Of a DNA stretch of 64,000 bases, positions 1 through 9,787 are shown piece by piece. Position 1 is the stretch's first letter, and every line of letters starts with the position of its first letter. Below the pieces are notes generated by a model. It made no database searches, was not told where the DNA came from, and saw only the letters and a program-made list of their open reading frames with translations. The translations under genes and the position numbers were made by a program. Origin of the DNA: an uncultured Fibrobacterota bacterium (GTDB lineage: Bacteria; Fibrobacterota; Chitinivibrionia; Chitinivibrionales; WJKA01); NCBI GenBank assembly GCA_964589825.1, contig CAZPUS010000001.1, positions 100,486 to 164,485 of the forward strand, read 5' to 3'.

Positions 1-1
1 C

Positions 2-1249
2 GCATGCTACAAAATAAAAAATTATTTCATCAATCCTGATCATCTCTATTTTGTACTTGGTGAATTGCCCTATATAACGGCAAAATGTGAAGAGGAACGC
101 CGCGATCCCTTTCTTCAATATACCAGCAAGACTGAGGCTATCAAAGAATTGTTTCATGAAACAAAATACGGTCGTTTTAATGAAACAAAATCAACGCAGC
201 AGCTTTCGAGTCAGTATATACAAACAGCTCTTACATTTGCCCGGAACCTCGCAATCACCGAGGGCAACCTTACCCCGTCGCTGTTCGATATGCTGCAGGC
301 GGCAAAAGGTGTTGCCGGAAACACCTATGCCTATAACCTGCTTAAAAACGCTAAATACTATCCCTTTCTGCCCTATGAAATAGATAAAAATTTTTTATCC
401 CTCGGCATTGACAAAGTGCAATTCAGTGAAGGACTGCCACCGCATCCCGCATATAACCTTCTCAATGACCGACAGCTGACGTGGAAAAAGATCAATATCT
501 ATCCGGAACCTGAAGATGAGGAGCCGGACGAAGAGGCCTGTTCCACCGATTCTATCGATATGGGTATGTGGTGCTCCCATATCCCTGAGGATCGTCGCAT
601 AGAACATTTCAACTCATATGCTCGTGAAAAAACCAAGGACATGGTCACCTCTCGTGCAACCCGTACAGTCCGGTTTACCAGTTCACTCGAAGAGGGCATA
701 GACCTGCGTGAAACCATACGTAACTGGCATACTGGTAAGATCTACGTGAAACAGCACCCGCCACGAAGTTGTAGTGTCGATACGGTTATCATCGTTTTTG
801 ATGCCACACACGATGAACGCTACCCGCACTGCGCGACGTGGTCTGCGGAGCACAAGCATGAATCGACACTCAGTTTTTTTGCCACCGATCCTTTTGAGCA
901 CGTAATAGGTCCAGGTATATCACGTGCTTATTACGGCGGTTTGTCGCTTGTTTATCCGCCACGGCCAATAGAAAACCCCTTCGAAATCACTGAAGATTTC
1001 ATTCGCGGCACGCTTACCCACAGGCTGGTCTATGGTGCATGTATGTTCAGCGAGCGCACACATCTGAGCTATATTGCATACAAAAAGCCGGATTATATTT
1101 TGCAGAAAATTGCACAGAACTTTGGCAAGAGGCTGGTATGGATACCGCTATCCCATTACGGCAAAAAGACATTGCAGCGGTTGCGCACCTTTCATGTACT
1201 TAACGGAAAAGTGGTTCGCAGCTGGGCCTCACGCTTTATCCCTGAATAA
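2..1249 (+). CDS. Conserved hypothetical protein, 5'-truncated by the window edge
   Basis: The frame of ORF 65..1249 stays open back to base 2 (ACYKIKNYF...). Protein-like composition; no confident family. Confidence 0.8.
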   Translation, partial: ACYKIKNYFINPDHLYFVLGELPYITAKCEEERRDPFLQYTSKTEAIKELFHETKYGRFNETKSTQQLSSQYIQTALTFARNLAITEGNLTPSLFDMLQAAKGVAGNTYAYNLLKNAKYYPFLPYEIDKNFLSLGIDKVQFSEGLPPHPAYNLLNDRQLTWKKINIYPEPEDEEPDEEACSTDSIDMGMWCSHIPEDRRIEHFNSYAREKTKDMVTSRATRTVRFTSSLEEGIDLRETIRNWHTGKIYVKQHPPRSCSVDTVIIVFDATHDERYPHCATWSAEHKHESTLSFFATDPFEHVIGPGISRAYYGGLSLVYPPRPIENPFEITEDFIRGTLTHRLVYGACMFSERTHLSYIAYKKPDYILQKIAQNFGKRLVWIPLSHYGKKTLQRLRTFHVLNGKVVRSWASRFIPE

Positions 1250-1264
1250 CCCTTTGATTTTCCC

Positions 1265-2140
1265 ATGCATTCTTTTGCGATGTGTCATATTCCAAACTTG
1301 TCCCGCACTCTTATTCTGAGTGTTGTATGCGCCGGGTTACTGCCGAATGCCGCAATCCCCGATACATCGTATACCGACAATCTCAGAAAACGCTTTACAG
1401 GGGAGTATAGATACTGCCACGTCGATTCCGTCGACTCGGCTATCTCTTTTGACAGCGTGCTTGCCTGGAAAAAGAAAATTAACAACTGGGCTCTCTCGGA
1501 AGAATATCCGGAGTATGTGCAGCGCTACCTCAACGCACATCCGCAACAAAGCGCTGATGAGGTTTTGTCGTGTGAGGTATACCGATGGGCACGCCGGAAA
1601 GAGCAACAACACTACCGTGACAGTGTGCAGCGTGCGCGATATCGCCGTGATTCTCTTCAGATCGCACAGGCCCGGACAAAGGTGACACCTTCAAGGTATG
1701 ACTTTGGCCGTATTCCCTTTGGTCTTACGCGTAAGGTGGTCCAGTTGATTTTTTCACACGAGCGCAATGATACACTACAGGTTAATTTTTCTGAGCTCAT
1801 AAAGGATACAGTGGTTGCCGGTGCCGAATGTACTATAAAGTTTTTTTTCAACCGCAAAGATTTTCTTTATAGTTACTCCTTTCAAAGCAATGCGTGGCCG
1901 GCAGATTCTCTTGACACACGTGTACGGGATATCGCACACAAGTGGACAAAGCTTTTTTCCAAGAGATTCAATGCATCTCCTGGAATACATCGGATCGGTT
2001 TTATCGATATAGGAACCGATTCGACCGCAGTATACCGCACATGGGGTGACAGCTGCCATCAGGCGGCTATCGGATTTATTCAGCGCTCCCATCGTTTTGC
2101 CGTGACTGCAACTGTAGAAGATACCTGCATGCATCGGTAA
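1265..2140 (+). CDS. Hypothetical exported protein
   Basis: 291-aa ORF with a hydrophobic N-terminal segment (TLILSVVCAGLLPNAA), 15 nt after the upstream stop. Confidence 0.7.
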   Translation: MHSFAMCHIPNLSRTLILSVVCAGLLPNAAIPDTSYTDNLRKRFTGEYRYCHVDSVDSAISFDSVLAWKKKINNWALSEEYPEYVQRYLNAHPQQSADEVLSCEVYRWARRKEQQHYRDSVQRARYRRDSLQIAQARTKVTPSRYDFGRIPFGLTRKVVQLIFSHERNDTLQVNFSELIKDTVVAGAECTIKFFFNRKDFLYSYSFQSNAWPADSLDTRVRDIAHKWTKLFSKRFNASPGIHRIGFIDIGTDSTAVYRTWGDSCHQAAIGFIQRSHRFAVTATVEDTCMHR

Positions 2141-2164
2141 AAGCCTCTAAACTCATTGGATGGG

Positions 2165-2184
2165 GTATTGCAATCTTGCAATAC
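2165..2184. promoter_or_regulatory. 20-bp palindrome, candidate operator
   Basis: GTATTGCAA-TC-TTGCAATAC (perfect 9-bp arms) in the intergenic region upstream of the NusG-II/Gx genes. Confidence 0.4.
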
Positions 2185-2300
2185 AGAGACAATCGTGTGG
2201 TTTTTAACCCGAATGTTGTGCTACGCGCAGACCACCAGTACCTTTACACCTCGCATATGTAGTACACGATTGTACAGCTACATTCCGGATAGGAAGTTTC

Positions 2301-2693
2301 GTGATACGCAGAACACACTATGCCACTTTCGCTATTGCCGACATTTTCTTTGTGCTGATAATGCTTGCAGGTACAGCTTTTTCGCTCTTTATATTGCTAA
2401 AGGAACCGGTTGCAAAAAAAAAAGTGGCGGTGTATAAAGGGATGGAAAAAATCGGATCCTACGAGCTGCCGGCGACCAAAGAAGTCACCGTGCAGGGCAG
2501 ATTGGGCGCCATGATCATCGAACTCGACCATGATCGCGTTCGCGTATGCAGATCCCTGTGTAAAAACAAAATATGTATACGCACCGGCTGGATAAGTGAG
2601 CCGGGACAACAGATCGTATGTGTCCCCAATCAGATCATCATCGTTATTAAAGCGATACATAATGGAAAGAGCCCCGATGCATACAGCCGATAA
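2301..2693 (+). CDS. NusG domain II (DUF1312)/EetA-like membrane-anchored protein
   Basis: N-terminal TM, then the V.V..S.C.NKICI.TGWI..PGQ.IVCVPN motif typical of NusG-II. AGGAAG RBS before the GTG. Confidence 0.85.
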   Translation: MIRRTHYATFAIADIFFVLIMLAGTAFSLFILLKEPVAKKKVAVYKGMEKIGSYELPATKEVTVQGRLGAMIIELDHDRVRVCRSLCKNKICIRTGWISEPGQQIVCVPNQIIIVIKAIHNGKSPDAYSR

Positions 2694-3825
2694 ACGCCTG
2701 CATCAGGAAGATATCGTGTATCGGACCTTGCTGATTCTCTGTGCAATCGCGATACACGCTATCGAGTTTTTTCTTCCAAGGATCCCGTTTTTCCCCTGGC
2801 TGAAGCCTGGTCTTTCAAATGTCATTACCGTGCTCTGGATTATCAAATTTGGTATGATCGATGCGTTGCTGCTTGTACTGCTGCGAGTCTGGATTGCCGG
2901 TTTCTATTTTGGTTTCTCCTTTATCACACTTACACTCAGCTGCAGCGGAGGGCTCGCAGCGACCCTTGCGATGGGCATTCTTTGGAAAATCGCAGGGGAG
3001 AAAAAACTGATCGGTACGATCGGCATTTCCATTATCGGCGCCTTTGTGCACAATGTAACACAGTTGAGCGTGGTACATCTGCTACTGGCTCACTCAGTCG
3101 TCCTCTTTTATCAGATTCCGGCGGTTTGTCTCGCCTCCCTTGGCTTTGGTACTATCGTCGGGTTACTCGTCCCCTATATTGATTCGGTGGTGAATTCAAT
3201 CTATCCAACACTTCCGGACACACTTACTATCCCCAGGTCGTCACGACAATTTAAACGTTTCGACATATTTTCTTCGACTTGTGTGCTCGGCACCTGCGTG
3301 GCATTGCTTTTTCTTAACAATCTGCTCGCCCTCGCTGTTTTTGCAACGATTCTGACCGTTCTCGTATTTTTTATCCTGCGAACACCATTAAAGACACTCA
3401 CCTACCCGGTTAGAAGATTCTGGATCATTTTTCTCGGTGTCGCCCTCATCTATCTTTTTTTCACACCCGGCACATCCTATACGCATTTTCCCATGCTTAC
3501 GCATGAGGGGGTCCTTTTTACATCACGACAATGGCTTCGCATCTGGTGCTGGCTGCAACTCTCGCTCACTCTTCATTTTTTCAACTTTCACCATATCACG
3601 TTTTCTGTTCTTTCCAGAATATTTCGCGCACATCACTCGACACTTTATGCCGGTATCCTTGCTCTGGAGTATTTCCCACACACACTTCAGACCATAAAAG
3701 ATACCATCCGGATATCACCTAAAAAATTATTTTTTCACCCGGCGACCTATATAACCGACACATTGAGATCGGGTTTTATTTCGGTTGCACAAATAATGAA
3801 ACAAAGCAAAGAAACAACAGTGTAA
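2677..3825 (+). CDS. Gx transporter (HepS component I/EetB-like) fused to an EcfT/FmnA-like membrane domain
   Basis: N-half has the AIAIHAIE..P...PWLKPGLSN Gx motif. C-half LFLNN...LFFTPG...THEG...LR resembles EcfT. ATG 2677 (or 2662) overlaps the upstream gene. Confidence 0.75.
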   Translation: MHTADKRLHQEDIVYRTLLILCAIAIHAIEFFLPRIPFFPWLKPGLSNVITVLWIIKFGMIDALLLVLLRVWIAGFYFGFSFITLTLSCSGGLAATLAMGILWKIAGEKKLIGTIGISIIGAFVHNVTQLSVVHLLLAHSVVLFYQIPAVCLASLGFGTIVGLLVPYIDSVVNSIYPTLPDTLTIPRSSRQFKRFDIFSSTCVLGTCVALLFLNNLLALAVFATILTVLVFFILRTPLKTLTYPVRRFWIIFLGVALIYLFFTPGTSYTHFPMLTHEGVLFTSRQWLRIWCWLQLSLTLHFFNFHHITFSVLSRIFRAHHSTLYAGILALEYFPHTLQTIKDTIRISPKKLFFHPATYITDTLRSGFISVAQIMKQSKETTV

Positions 3826-3894
3826 CCGGGCTGTTCCGCCGTTTGTTTACAAAGCATACCGCCAACATGACACCATTTACATCGGAGCATAATT

Positions 3895-4953
3895 GTGCAC
3901 ATACCCCCAAAAATGACAAGAATGGAGCTTACCGGTATACGTGAAATGAATTCCGCAACTGTTACGACCCCACGGATCGAAACCCCGACGGACGTACTCG
4001 TTCGTATTACGTCGATCGGTGTCTGCGGCAGTGATATTCACTACTATACACGAGGCAATATCGGCTCACAGGTTGTACAGTATCCATTTGTGGTAGGCCA
4101 TGAATGCGCGGGTATAGTAGCTGAAACCGGAGAAACGGTATCCACCGTAAAAAAGGGTGACAAAATCGCCGTTGATCCGGCAATGCCGTGCGGAAAATGT
4201 GACCAGTGCGCTGCGGGACGTGCTCACACGTGCCGAAATCTGAGATTCCTCGGTTGTCCGGGACAGGCACAGGGATGCATGTCAGAATATATCTGTATTC
4301 CCGAAACGAGCTGCTATCCCGTGCCCCCGGATATGGAGGACGACTGTGCCGTACTTGCGGAACCATTGTCGATCGGAATATATGCATCAACATTTGCCCC
4401 GTCGCTTCAGGGGCGGTCGGTCGCCATCCTCGGGTCAGGACCTATTGGGCTGAGCGTACTACTCGCCTGCCGTGACAACGGTGCCGGCAGTATCTATACC
4501 AGCGACAAGCTGCCGCCGCGAATGGGCAAAGCGTCCGAACTCGGTGCCACCGCCAGCATGAACGCGGATACCGACGATGTAGTACAATTTATACTGCAAA
4601 AAGAACAAGGCGGTGTCGATGTGGTTTTCGAATGTTGTGGTGATCAGGACGCACTGGACCAGGCGGTTTCCCTGCTCAAACCGGGTGGACAGCTTGTTAT
4701 CGTCGGGATACCGGAGCCGAAGAGAGTCAGTTTCGAAATTGATTTTCTACGTCGCAGGGAATTACAAATCTGCAACGTCCGACGACAAAACAAATGCATG
4801 CGCAAAGCGATCGATGCCATACATTCCTCGCGCATGAACGCGGGTGCGATGAAAACCCATCGATTTCCCTTTAAAAAAAGTAAAGACGCGTTCGATTGTG
4901 TCGCCGGGTATCTCGATGATGTCATAAAAGCAATAATTTATTTTCCTGTATAA
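3895..4953 (+). CDS. Zn-dependent medium-chain (sorbitol/L-iditol-type) dehydrogenase
   Basis: CGSD and GHE catalytic-Zn motifs, structural-Zn CGKCDQC..GRAHTC, Rossmann GSGPIG. Confidence 0.9.
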   Translation: MHIPPKMTRMELTGIREMNSATVTTPRIETPTDVLVRITSIGVCGSDIHYYTRGNIGSQVVQYPFVVGHECAGIVAETGETVSTVKKGDKIAVDPAMPCGKCDQCAAGRAHTCRNLRFLGCPGQAQGCMSEYICIPETSCYPVPPDMEDDCAVLAEPLSIGIYASTFAPSLQGRSVAILGSGPIGLSVLLACRDNGAGSIYTSDKLPPRMGKASELGATASMNADTDDVVQFILQKEQGGVDVVFECCGDQDALDQAVSLLKPGGQLVIVGIPEPKRVSFEIDFLRRRELQICNVRRQNKCMRKAIDAIHSSRMNAGAMKTHRFPFKKSKDAFDCVAGYLDDVIKAIIYFPV

Positions 4954-5029
4954 CAACAGGCTGGCGTTTTGGCAGCTTCGGTTCAATCTTTATCTATTAT
5001 TTATTATTACTACTACAAGGAATACATAA

Positions 5030-6325
5030 TTGATTTTTCGACCAGAATTATCATGGGAATCACTTTCACAGGAAGAAATACGAACCCGCACACTTCGGGC
5101 GCTTCGTAATCACATCAGACACATAAAAACTTCCTCGTCTTTCTATTCCGAACTCCTTTTCGATGTTTCGGATGATACGGTCGCTTCGTTCGACGATTTT
5201 AGAAAACTCCCCTTTACCGATGCAACAACCCTTGCAAAACGTAACGACGCATTTTGCATGACCGGTTCGGAATCGATTACCGAAACCGTATTGGTCGACG
5301 ACGCACTCCACACTTCCACGGCCATCCCGGTGTTTCTTACGGCCAGTGATGCCGACAGGATGGCATTCGATATGGCCTTGGGACTTCATGCATGCGGTGT
5401 AACATCCGAAGACACCGTCCTACTTCTTATTGACATGAACAATCCTGACATGGTCGGATTGAGCATCTATCACGGGTTAAAGCTGCTTGGTGCAAATGTG
5501 ATACGCGCCGGAGATTTCAAGGGGAAAAGTATGAAAACAACCCTGCAGCGGCTCCGACCGTCCGTATTCGCAGGCACTCTGACGTCACTAAACGCAATTA
5601 CTACTCATTTGGGAGAATGCGGTCTTTCTGCGGATGCGTTCTCGGATAAAAAGGTTTTTTGTGCAGGTTACGATCTCAGAAACGATACAATGCAGCTCAA
5701 TCAGGACGGTGCTGCCCTCGCCCACTTTTTCGGTGCACATATATTCTCGTTTCAGCCTCTTGGCGCGTGTCAATCTGCCTTATGGGAATGCCCCGCACAA
5801 AAAGGACTGCATATTCACCCCGAATTGACTTTTGCAGAAATAATCGATGAACAAGAGCGTGTTATCACAGACGACAAACCGGGTGAGCTCGTAATCACCA
5901 CCCTCGGAATCGAGGGTATGCCCCTTCTTCGGTTTAAAACCGGAAAGCACGCGTTCGCACTCACCGATTCATGCAGTTGCGGCAGAAACTCCCGCCGCAT
6001 CGTACCTATTGATACGACACATGCACAATCTGTTTCTCGCGAATCGACACAGGAGTCGATTCCCGGACAAATAACCCGGATCCTCGATTCTTTCGAACAG
6101 ATTCAGGACTACGTGGTAATTATCGAACACGATGCAGCAAACAACCGTAAAATAACTATCCACGCACTCATTTCTCCCCAGATGGTGCATACGGTATACA
6201 GAATGCTACACGCAAAACTCAATATCGATATACCCATTCTTGTCTCAAATCCCGCGACCATTCAATCCATTCGGGGCACACAGGATAATAACGGGAAAAT
6301 AATCGATACTCGCAGTCATCGCTGA
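5030..6325 (+). CDS. Phenylacetate-CoA ligase (PaaK)-like protein with degenerate motifs
   Basis: LPFTD, ECP..KGLHI...AEIID and GELVITTL..EGMPLLRF are PaaK-like; the SSGTTG P-loop is absent. Confidence 0.75.
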   Translation: MIFRPELSWESLSQEEIRTRTLRALRNHIRHIKTSSSFYSELLFDVSDDTVASFDDFRKLPFTDATTLAKRNDAFCMTGSESITETVLVDDALHTSTAIPVFLTASDADRMAFDMALGLHACGVTSEDTVLLLIDMNNPDMVGLSIYHGLKLLGANVIRAGDFKGKSMKTTLQRLRPSVFAGTLTSLNAITTHLGECGLSADAFSDKKVFCAGYDLRNDTMQLNQDGAALAHFFGAHIFSFQPLGACQSALWECPAQKGLHIHPELTFAEIIDEQERVITDDKPGELVITTLGIEGMPLLRFKTGKHAFALTDSCSCGRNSRRIVPIDTTHAQSVSRESTQESIPGQITRILDSFEQIQDYVVIIEHDAANNRKITIHALISPQMVHTVYRMLHAKLNIDIPILVSNPATIQSIRGTQDNNGKIIDTRSHR

Positions 6326-6394
6326 ATCCAACTGTATGCTCAATATCGCCGTGCAATCTGCCGATACATATAAAAAGCGCTTTTTTTCACTCGG

Positions 6395-8278
6395 ATGCCG
6401 GTGTATACGTGTATGAACAAACCATTTCGAAGGTGCATACATCCTGTCGTGCTGGCAACACTGCTGATTGCAGCAGGAATAGATGCCAAAACACGCTGGA
6501 GCGCATTCCAGGGCATTCCTCATGCGGATTTCATTAAGGGAGGTGCCTATTCACTGCAGTCGGCAAATTTTGCCACAGCCGACTCTTTGGGAAACAGCAT
6601 CGAGACGAGGGTGGCGTATGAACTCCGTGCCACTGTAGGAGCCACTCGCTGGATCAATCTCGAAGCCGGATATTCCGACGGCCTTGTTTTCGGGTTTAAG
6701 GCTCGCCTTCTTGGTGAAACCAGACCCTATACCCCCTCCCTGTGTGTCGGCGTCAGAAATATAGGTAATCACCGGGAAGCAAATTTTTTCAATTCCCCGC
6801 GTCTTGACTCTTCTGCAGAGTTTTTTGCGGCACTCGGTAAGGACGTAGAGCCGATACGCACCCGCTTTCATGGTGGCATTCTGTCAATTCCATCAATAGA
6901 AGGCGAAAAAATCAATCCGTTTTTCGGTATCGAAAGCTATGCAGGTGTGGGCATATACTATTCCATAGAAGTTTACAGACGTGACAGTTCATTTATTCCT
7001 TCTCTGTATGCGATATATCGTATGCTTGACGATCGGGTGGAAATTTCGGCTGGCATCATCGGTATCAAAAGGCTGCTTATCAACTCCAAAAACGAGTTTT
7101 CATTCGCTTTTTCCTCTCCTCCCGGTCCTTCCGAATACATACGACCGGGTATTTTTTTCGGACTGCGGTATCGGGGAGATATAGCGTTTGGACAAAAAGA
7201 GGCATTCAACAGCGTTGAAGATCTCTCTATTTCTCTTCAGCAACGTCTGGAGAATTTCAACGCTCATTTGGCACGTATCGAAGAAAAAATCGAACAAAAC
7301 AGCACCAGCATCAAGGGGATAAAAGAGGATATCATCCGGCTGGATAATGCGCTTTCTGATCACAAAACCAAGCTCAGAACCATTTTGATGGACAAACTTC
7401 TGCACCTTAAAACACTCTACCATGCATCACCATATAAACCGCAACAGGTACAGCAAACCATACAGGAATTGACAAATTACAAGTTTAACGACAAGGCCAT
7501 GAAGATATTCCAGGAATTCGCCCTTGACAAAACACAGGACCGGGAAATCCGCATCCTTGCTATCGAAATACTAGGGGAAATCGGGAAAAACAGCGCCGCC
7601 GATATACTTCTCGACATCTGTGCCAATGAAGAGGATCCCGGAATACGTATCGCATGTATTATCTCAATTGGCAAAATGGAAGCCACAGAGGCGATTCCAC
7701 TGCTACGACGTCTGTCCAATGCTCCCGATGATAACATCGCCATAAGTGCCCAGGAAGTCCTCGGAACGCTGACTGACGGGGCCTCGTTTGCCGGCAGTCC
7801 TTCTCGCTACAACAAAGCATTGCGTACCATTGCAGAAGCCGATACTGCCCCGGAGACGAACGTAACGTCTTCAGACCAATCTGCTGCTGCTACCAATCCT
7901 GATACAATACAGACACGCGGCGGCACTGACAGTATCCCGAATGACATAAGAGCCGACAGCTCCGTCACTTCTGACCCGACCCCATCCCCAAAAACATCGA
8001 CAGCCGCCACCGATACCGTTATTCAAAACACCGATACCACGGTATCGGACTCATCCGAATCCGAGAACGCACCTGAGGCAGATCCTGCATTGTCCTCTTC
8101 CGATACGCTTACACGCAACTCACCCGATGCCGAACCCAAAGACAGCACCGTCGAAGATCAAGCACCAACCGACACCACTGACTTGCCTGGCACCGAACCA
8201 TCTCCCCTCTCATCCGATACCGCGACATCCGCAGATGCTCAAACAGAGACGGACACCACCGCGGCAGAAAACCAATAA
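6395..8278 (+). CDS. Exported protein: beta-barrel-like N-terminus, coiled coil, HEAT repeats, acidic S/T/D/P-rich tail
   Basis: Signal peptide; YjbH-like alternating strands (GFKARLLGE, PSLCVGVRN); HEAT-like repeats (IRILAIEILGEIG, IRIACIISIGKM); low-complexity C-terminus. Confidence 0.7.
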   Translation: MPVYTCMNKPFRRCIHPVVLATLLIAAGIDAKTRWSAFQGIPHADFIKGGAYSLQSANFATADSLGNSIETRVAYELRATVGATRWINLEAGYSDGLVFGFKARLLGETRPYTPSLCVGVRNIGNHREANFFNSPRLDSSAEFFAALGKDVEPIRTRFHGGILSIPSIEGEKINPFFGIESYAGVGIYYSIEVYRRDSSFIPSLYAIYRMLDDRVEISAGIIGIKRLLINSKNEFSFAFSSPPGPSEYIRPGIFFGLRYRGDIAFGQKEAFNSVEDLSISLQQRLENFNAHLARIEEKIEQNSTSIKGIKEDIIRLDNALSDHKTKLRTILMDKLLHLKTLYHASPYKPQQVQQTIQELTNYKFNDKAMKIFQEFALDKTQDREIRILAIEILGEIGKNSAADILLDICANEEDPGIRIACIISIGKMEATEAIPLLRRLSNAPDDNIAISAQEVLGTLTDGASFAGSPSRYNKALRTIAEADTAPETNVTSSDQSAAATNPDTIQTRGGTDSIPNDIRADSSVTSDPTPSPKTSTAATDTVIQNTDTTVSDSSESENAPEADPALSSSDTLTRNSPDAEPKDSTVEDQAPTDTTDLPGTEPSPLSSDTATSADAQTETDTTAAENQ

Positions 8279-8531
8279 ATGCTAAAGCCCACGGCTTTTC
8301 AATTGCTGCGTACACGTATCCATTCATTACCTCAAACGTATCTTTTCTGAATTGCGGGCCCCTTGCTCCTTTATGGCATCTCTTCTCCGCTTCCGTGCAG
8401 GGCCTGTCGATCTCCACGGGTACGATTTCAGGCTGACTATTCAGGTCAAGAACCACGAGCCTACGGAAAAACCAATGACGCTGGTTTATTCGTGTCCTTC
8501 GCATACCTCAGCCATTGCCAAAGAACCACTA

Positions 8532-9671
8532 TCAGACGATAAAGTCGATCTGTTGCACGGTACCCGCGCTCCCGCTGCTCTCTTTTACGAAGATGCCGGT
8601 ATCCCGTAAAACCCCTGCGTCATCGGTGGAGGAACTGCCAAGACCGATATGAGTGCCTCTGTGCTGCAGTGATATTGCACCGACATCCGCTTCGAGTAAA
8701 GGACGAAGCGTCCGGTTTCCTTCTTTGTCAAGCTCCATTATTTGAAGAGTATAAAACACATCGTCGTTTTCATCGATCCATCCGTTTTTATCGCTGTCCA
8801 GCATCCTCAGTTCCTCAAATCCATCACCTGTACGCGGTCCGAACAGTTCACTGCCGTTATCGATGGTCCCGTTGCCGTTTTTGTCATACGCCAGGAAGCC
8901 GCTGCCGGCTCCGGGGACCGAGATGCGTTCATTTGTCCCGTCACCATTGAGATCGAATTCCGTTTTTGTGTCGCTTAATGTCACATGCGGGGCATTAAAA
9001 TTGACAATCAGTGGATCGATCGCCGCATCCCCCGCTTTTACACTTACCGATACTTCCTCGTACGTTTCCCTGCTCATGTGCAAAGAGACGTCAAAGGAAA
9101 AGGCCCTTCCGTCTTCTGTAGAAAGGTTGCCGGCTGCGGAAAAATTGACCTTTTCGGCAGTATGGGTAATTCGTTTGAAATCATATGAAACACCCCACCC
9201 CTGTCGCTGAGGTTGACTCTGTTCTTCGGCCTGCTCCATTTTTCCCCGTGCGGTCTCTTTTGCCTGAGCTGCAGCCTTTTCTGGATCAGGGCAGCATTCA
9301 TCCTTTTCATCTCCATACAGCTCTACTTTTCGTCCTGTCCACTCTTCAACGAGCATTTTCAGGACAGAAAGCCTGGCATCCGAAATGAATTCTTTAAATA
9401 TTTCATCTTTTGAGCGCGTCTTTTCACCGCATTTCGCATTCTGCGGTTTATTGTCTGATCCGCGCTCATGTACGGGTGCCGATCGTCTCATCCGGTCGGA
9501 AAGCAATGCGATATCGGCCCGGGAAAATCTCGCTTCTGCATACCCCTGCGAAACACGCGCGTATTCTATTCGTTTTTTCCCGTTCCATGCATGTAACCGT
9601 TCATGGGTCTGTGTGTTGACTTTTGCCCGTGACTGCGCATCCATGCGCATTGCAGCACTCGCTATTTTCAT
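8532..9671 (-). CDS. Hypothetical protein with Ca-binding-like DxDxDG/VCBS-type motifs
   Basis: FDLNGDG, YDKNGNGTIDNGSELFG and LDSDKNGWIDEND motifs; no signal peptide. Confidence 0.8.
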   Translation of the reverse strand: MKIASAAMRMDAQSRAKVNTQTHERLHAWNGKKRIEYARVSQGYAEARFSRADIALLSDRMRRSAPVHERGSDNKPQNAKCGEKTRSKDEIFKEFISDARLSVLKMLVEEWTGRKVELYGDEKDECCPDPEKAAAQAKETARGKMEQAEEQSQPQRQGWGVSYDFKRITHTAEKVNFSAAGNLSTEDGRAFSFDVSLHMSRETYEEVSVSVKAGDAAIDPLIVNFNAPHVTLSDTKTEFDLNGDGTNERISVPGAGSGFLAYDKNGNGTIDNGSELFGPRTGDGFEELRMLDSDKNGWIDENDDVFYTLQIMELDKEGNRTLRPLLEADVGAISLQHRGTHIGLGSSSTDDAGVLRDTGIFVKESSGSAGTVQQIDFIV

Positions 9672-9717
9672 CGCTACATCCCTGTAAAATGAAATAATAG
9701 TGTCTCTTCATTACTCT

Positions 9718-9744
9718 ATATCGGATGCTTTTGCTGAAAACTTA
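9718..9744 (-). promoter_or_regulatory. Sigma-28 (FliA) promoter
   Basis: TAAG-N15-TCCGATAT on the minus strand (consensus TAAA-N15-GCCGATAA), 46 nt upstream of ATG 9671. Confidence 0.7.
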
Positions 9745-9787
9745 AAAAAGTGACCTTTCCCAACTGCGTGGCCTTATTCGAATAAAT

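Noticed and set aside
8505-8516. 12-mer ACCTCAGCCATT shared with 59103-59114
   Set aside because: It also occurs inside a CDS (~17929) and has no flanking similarity; likely chance.
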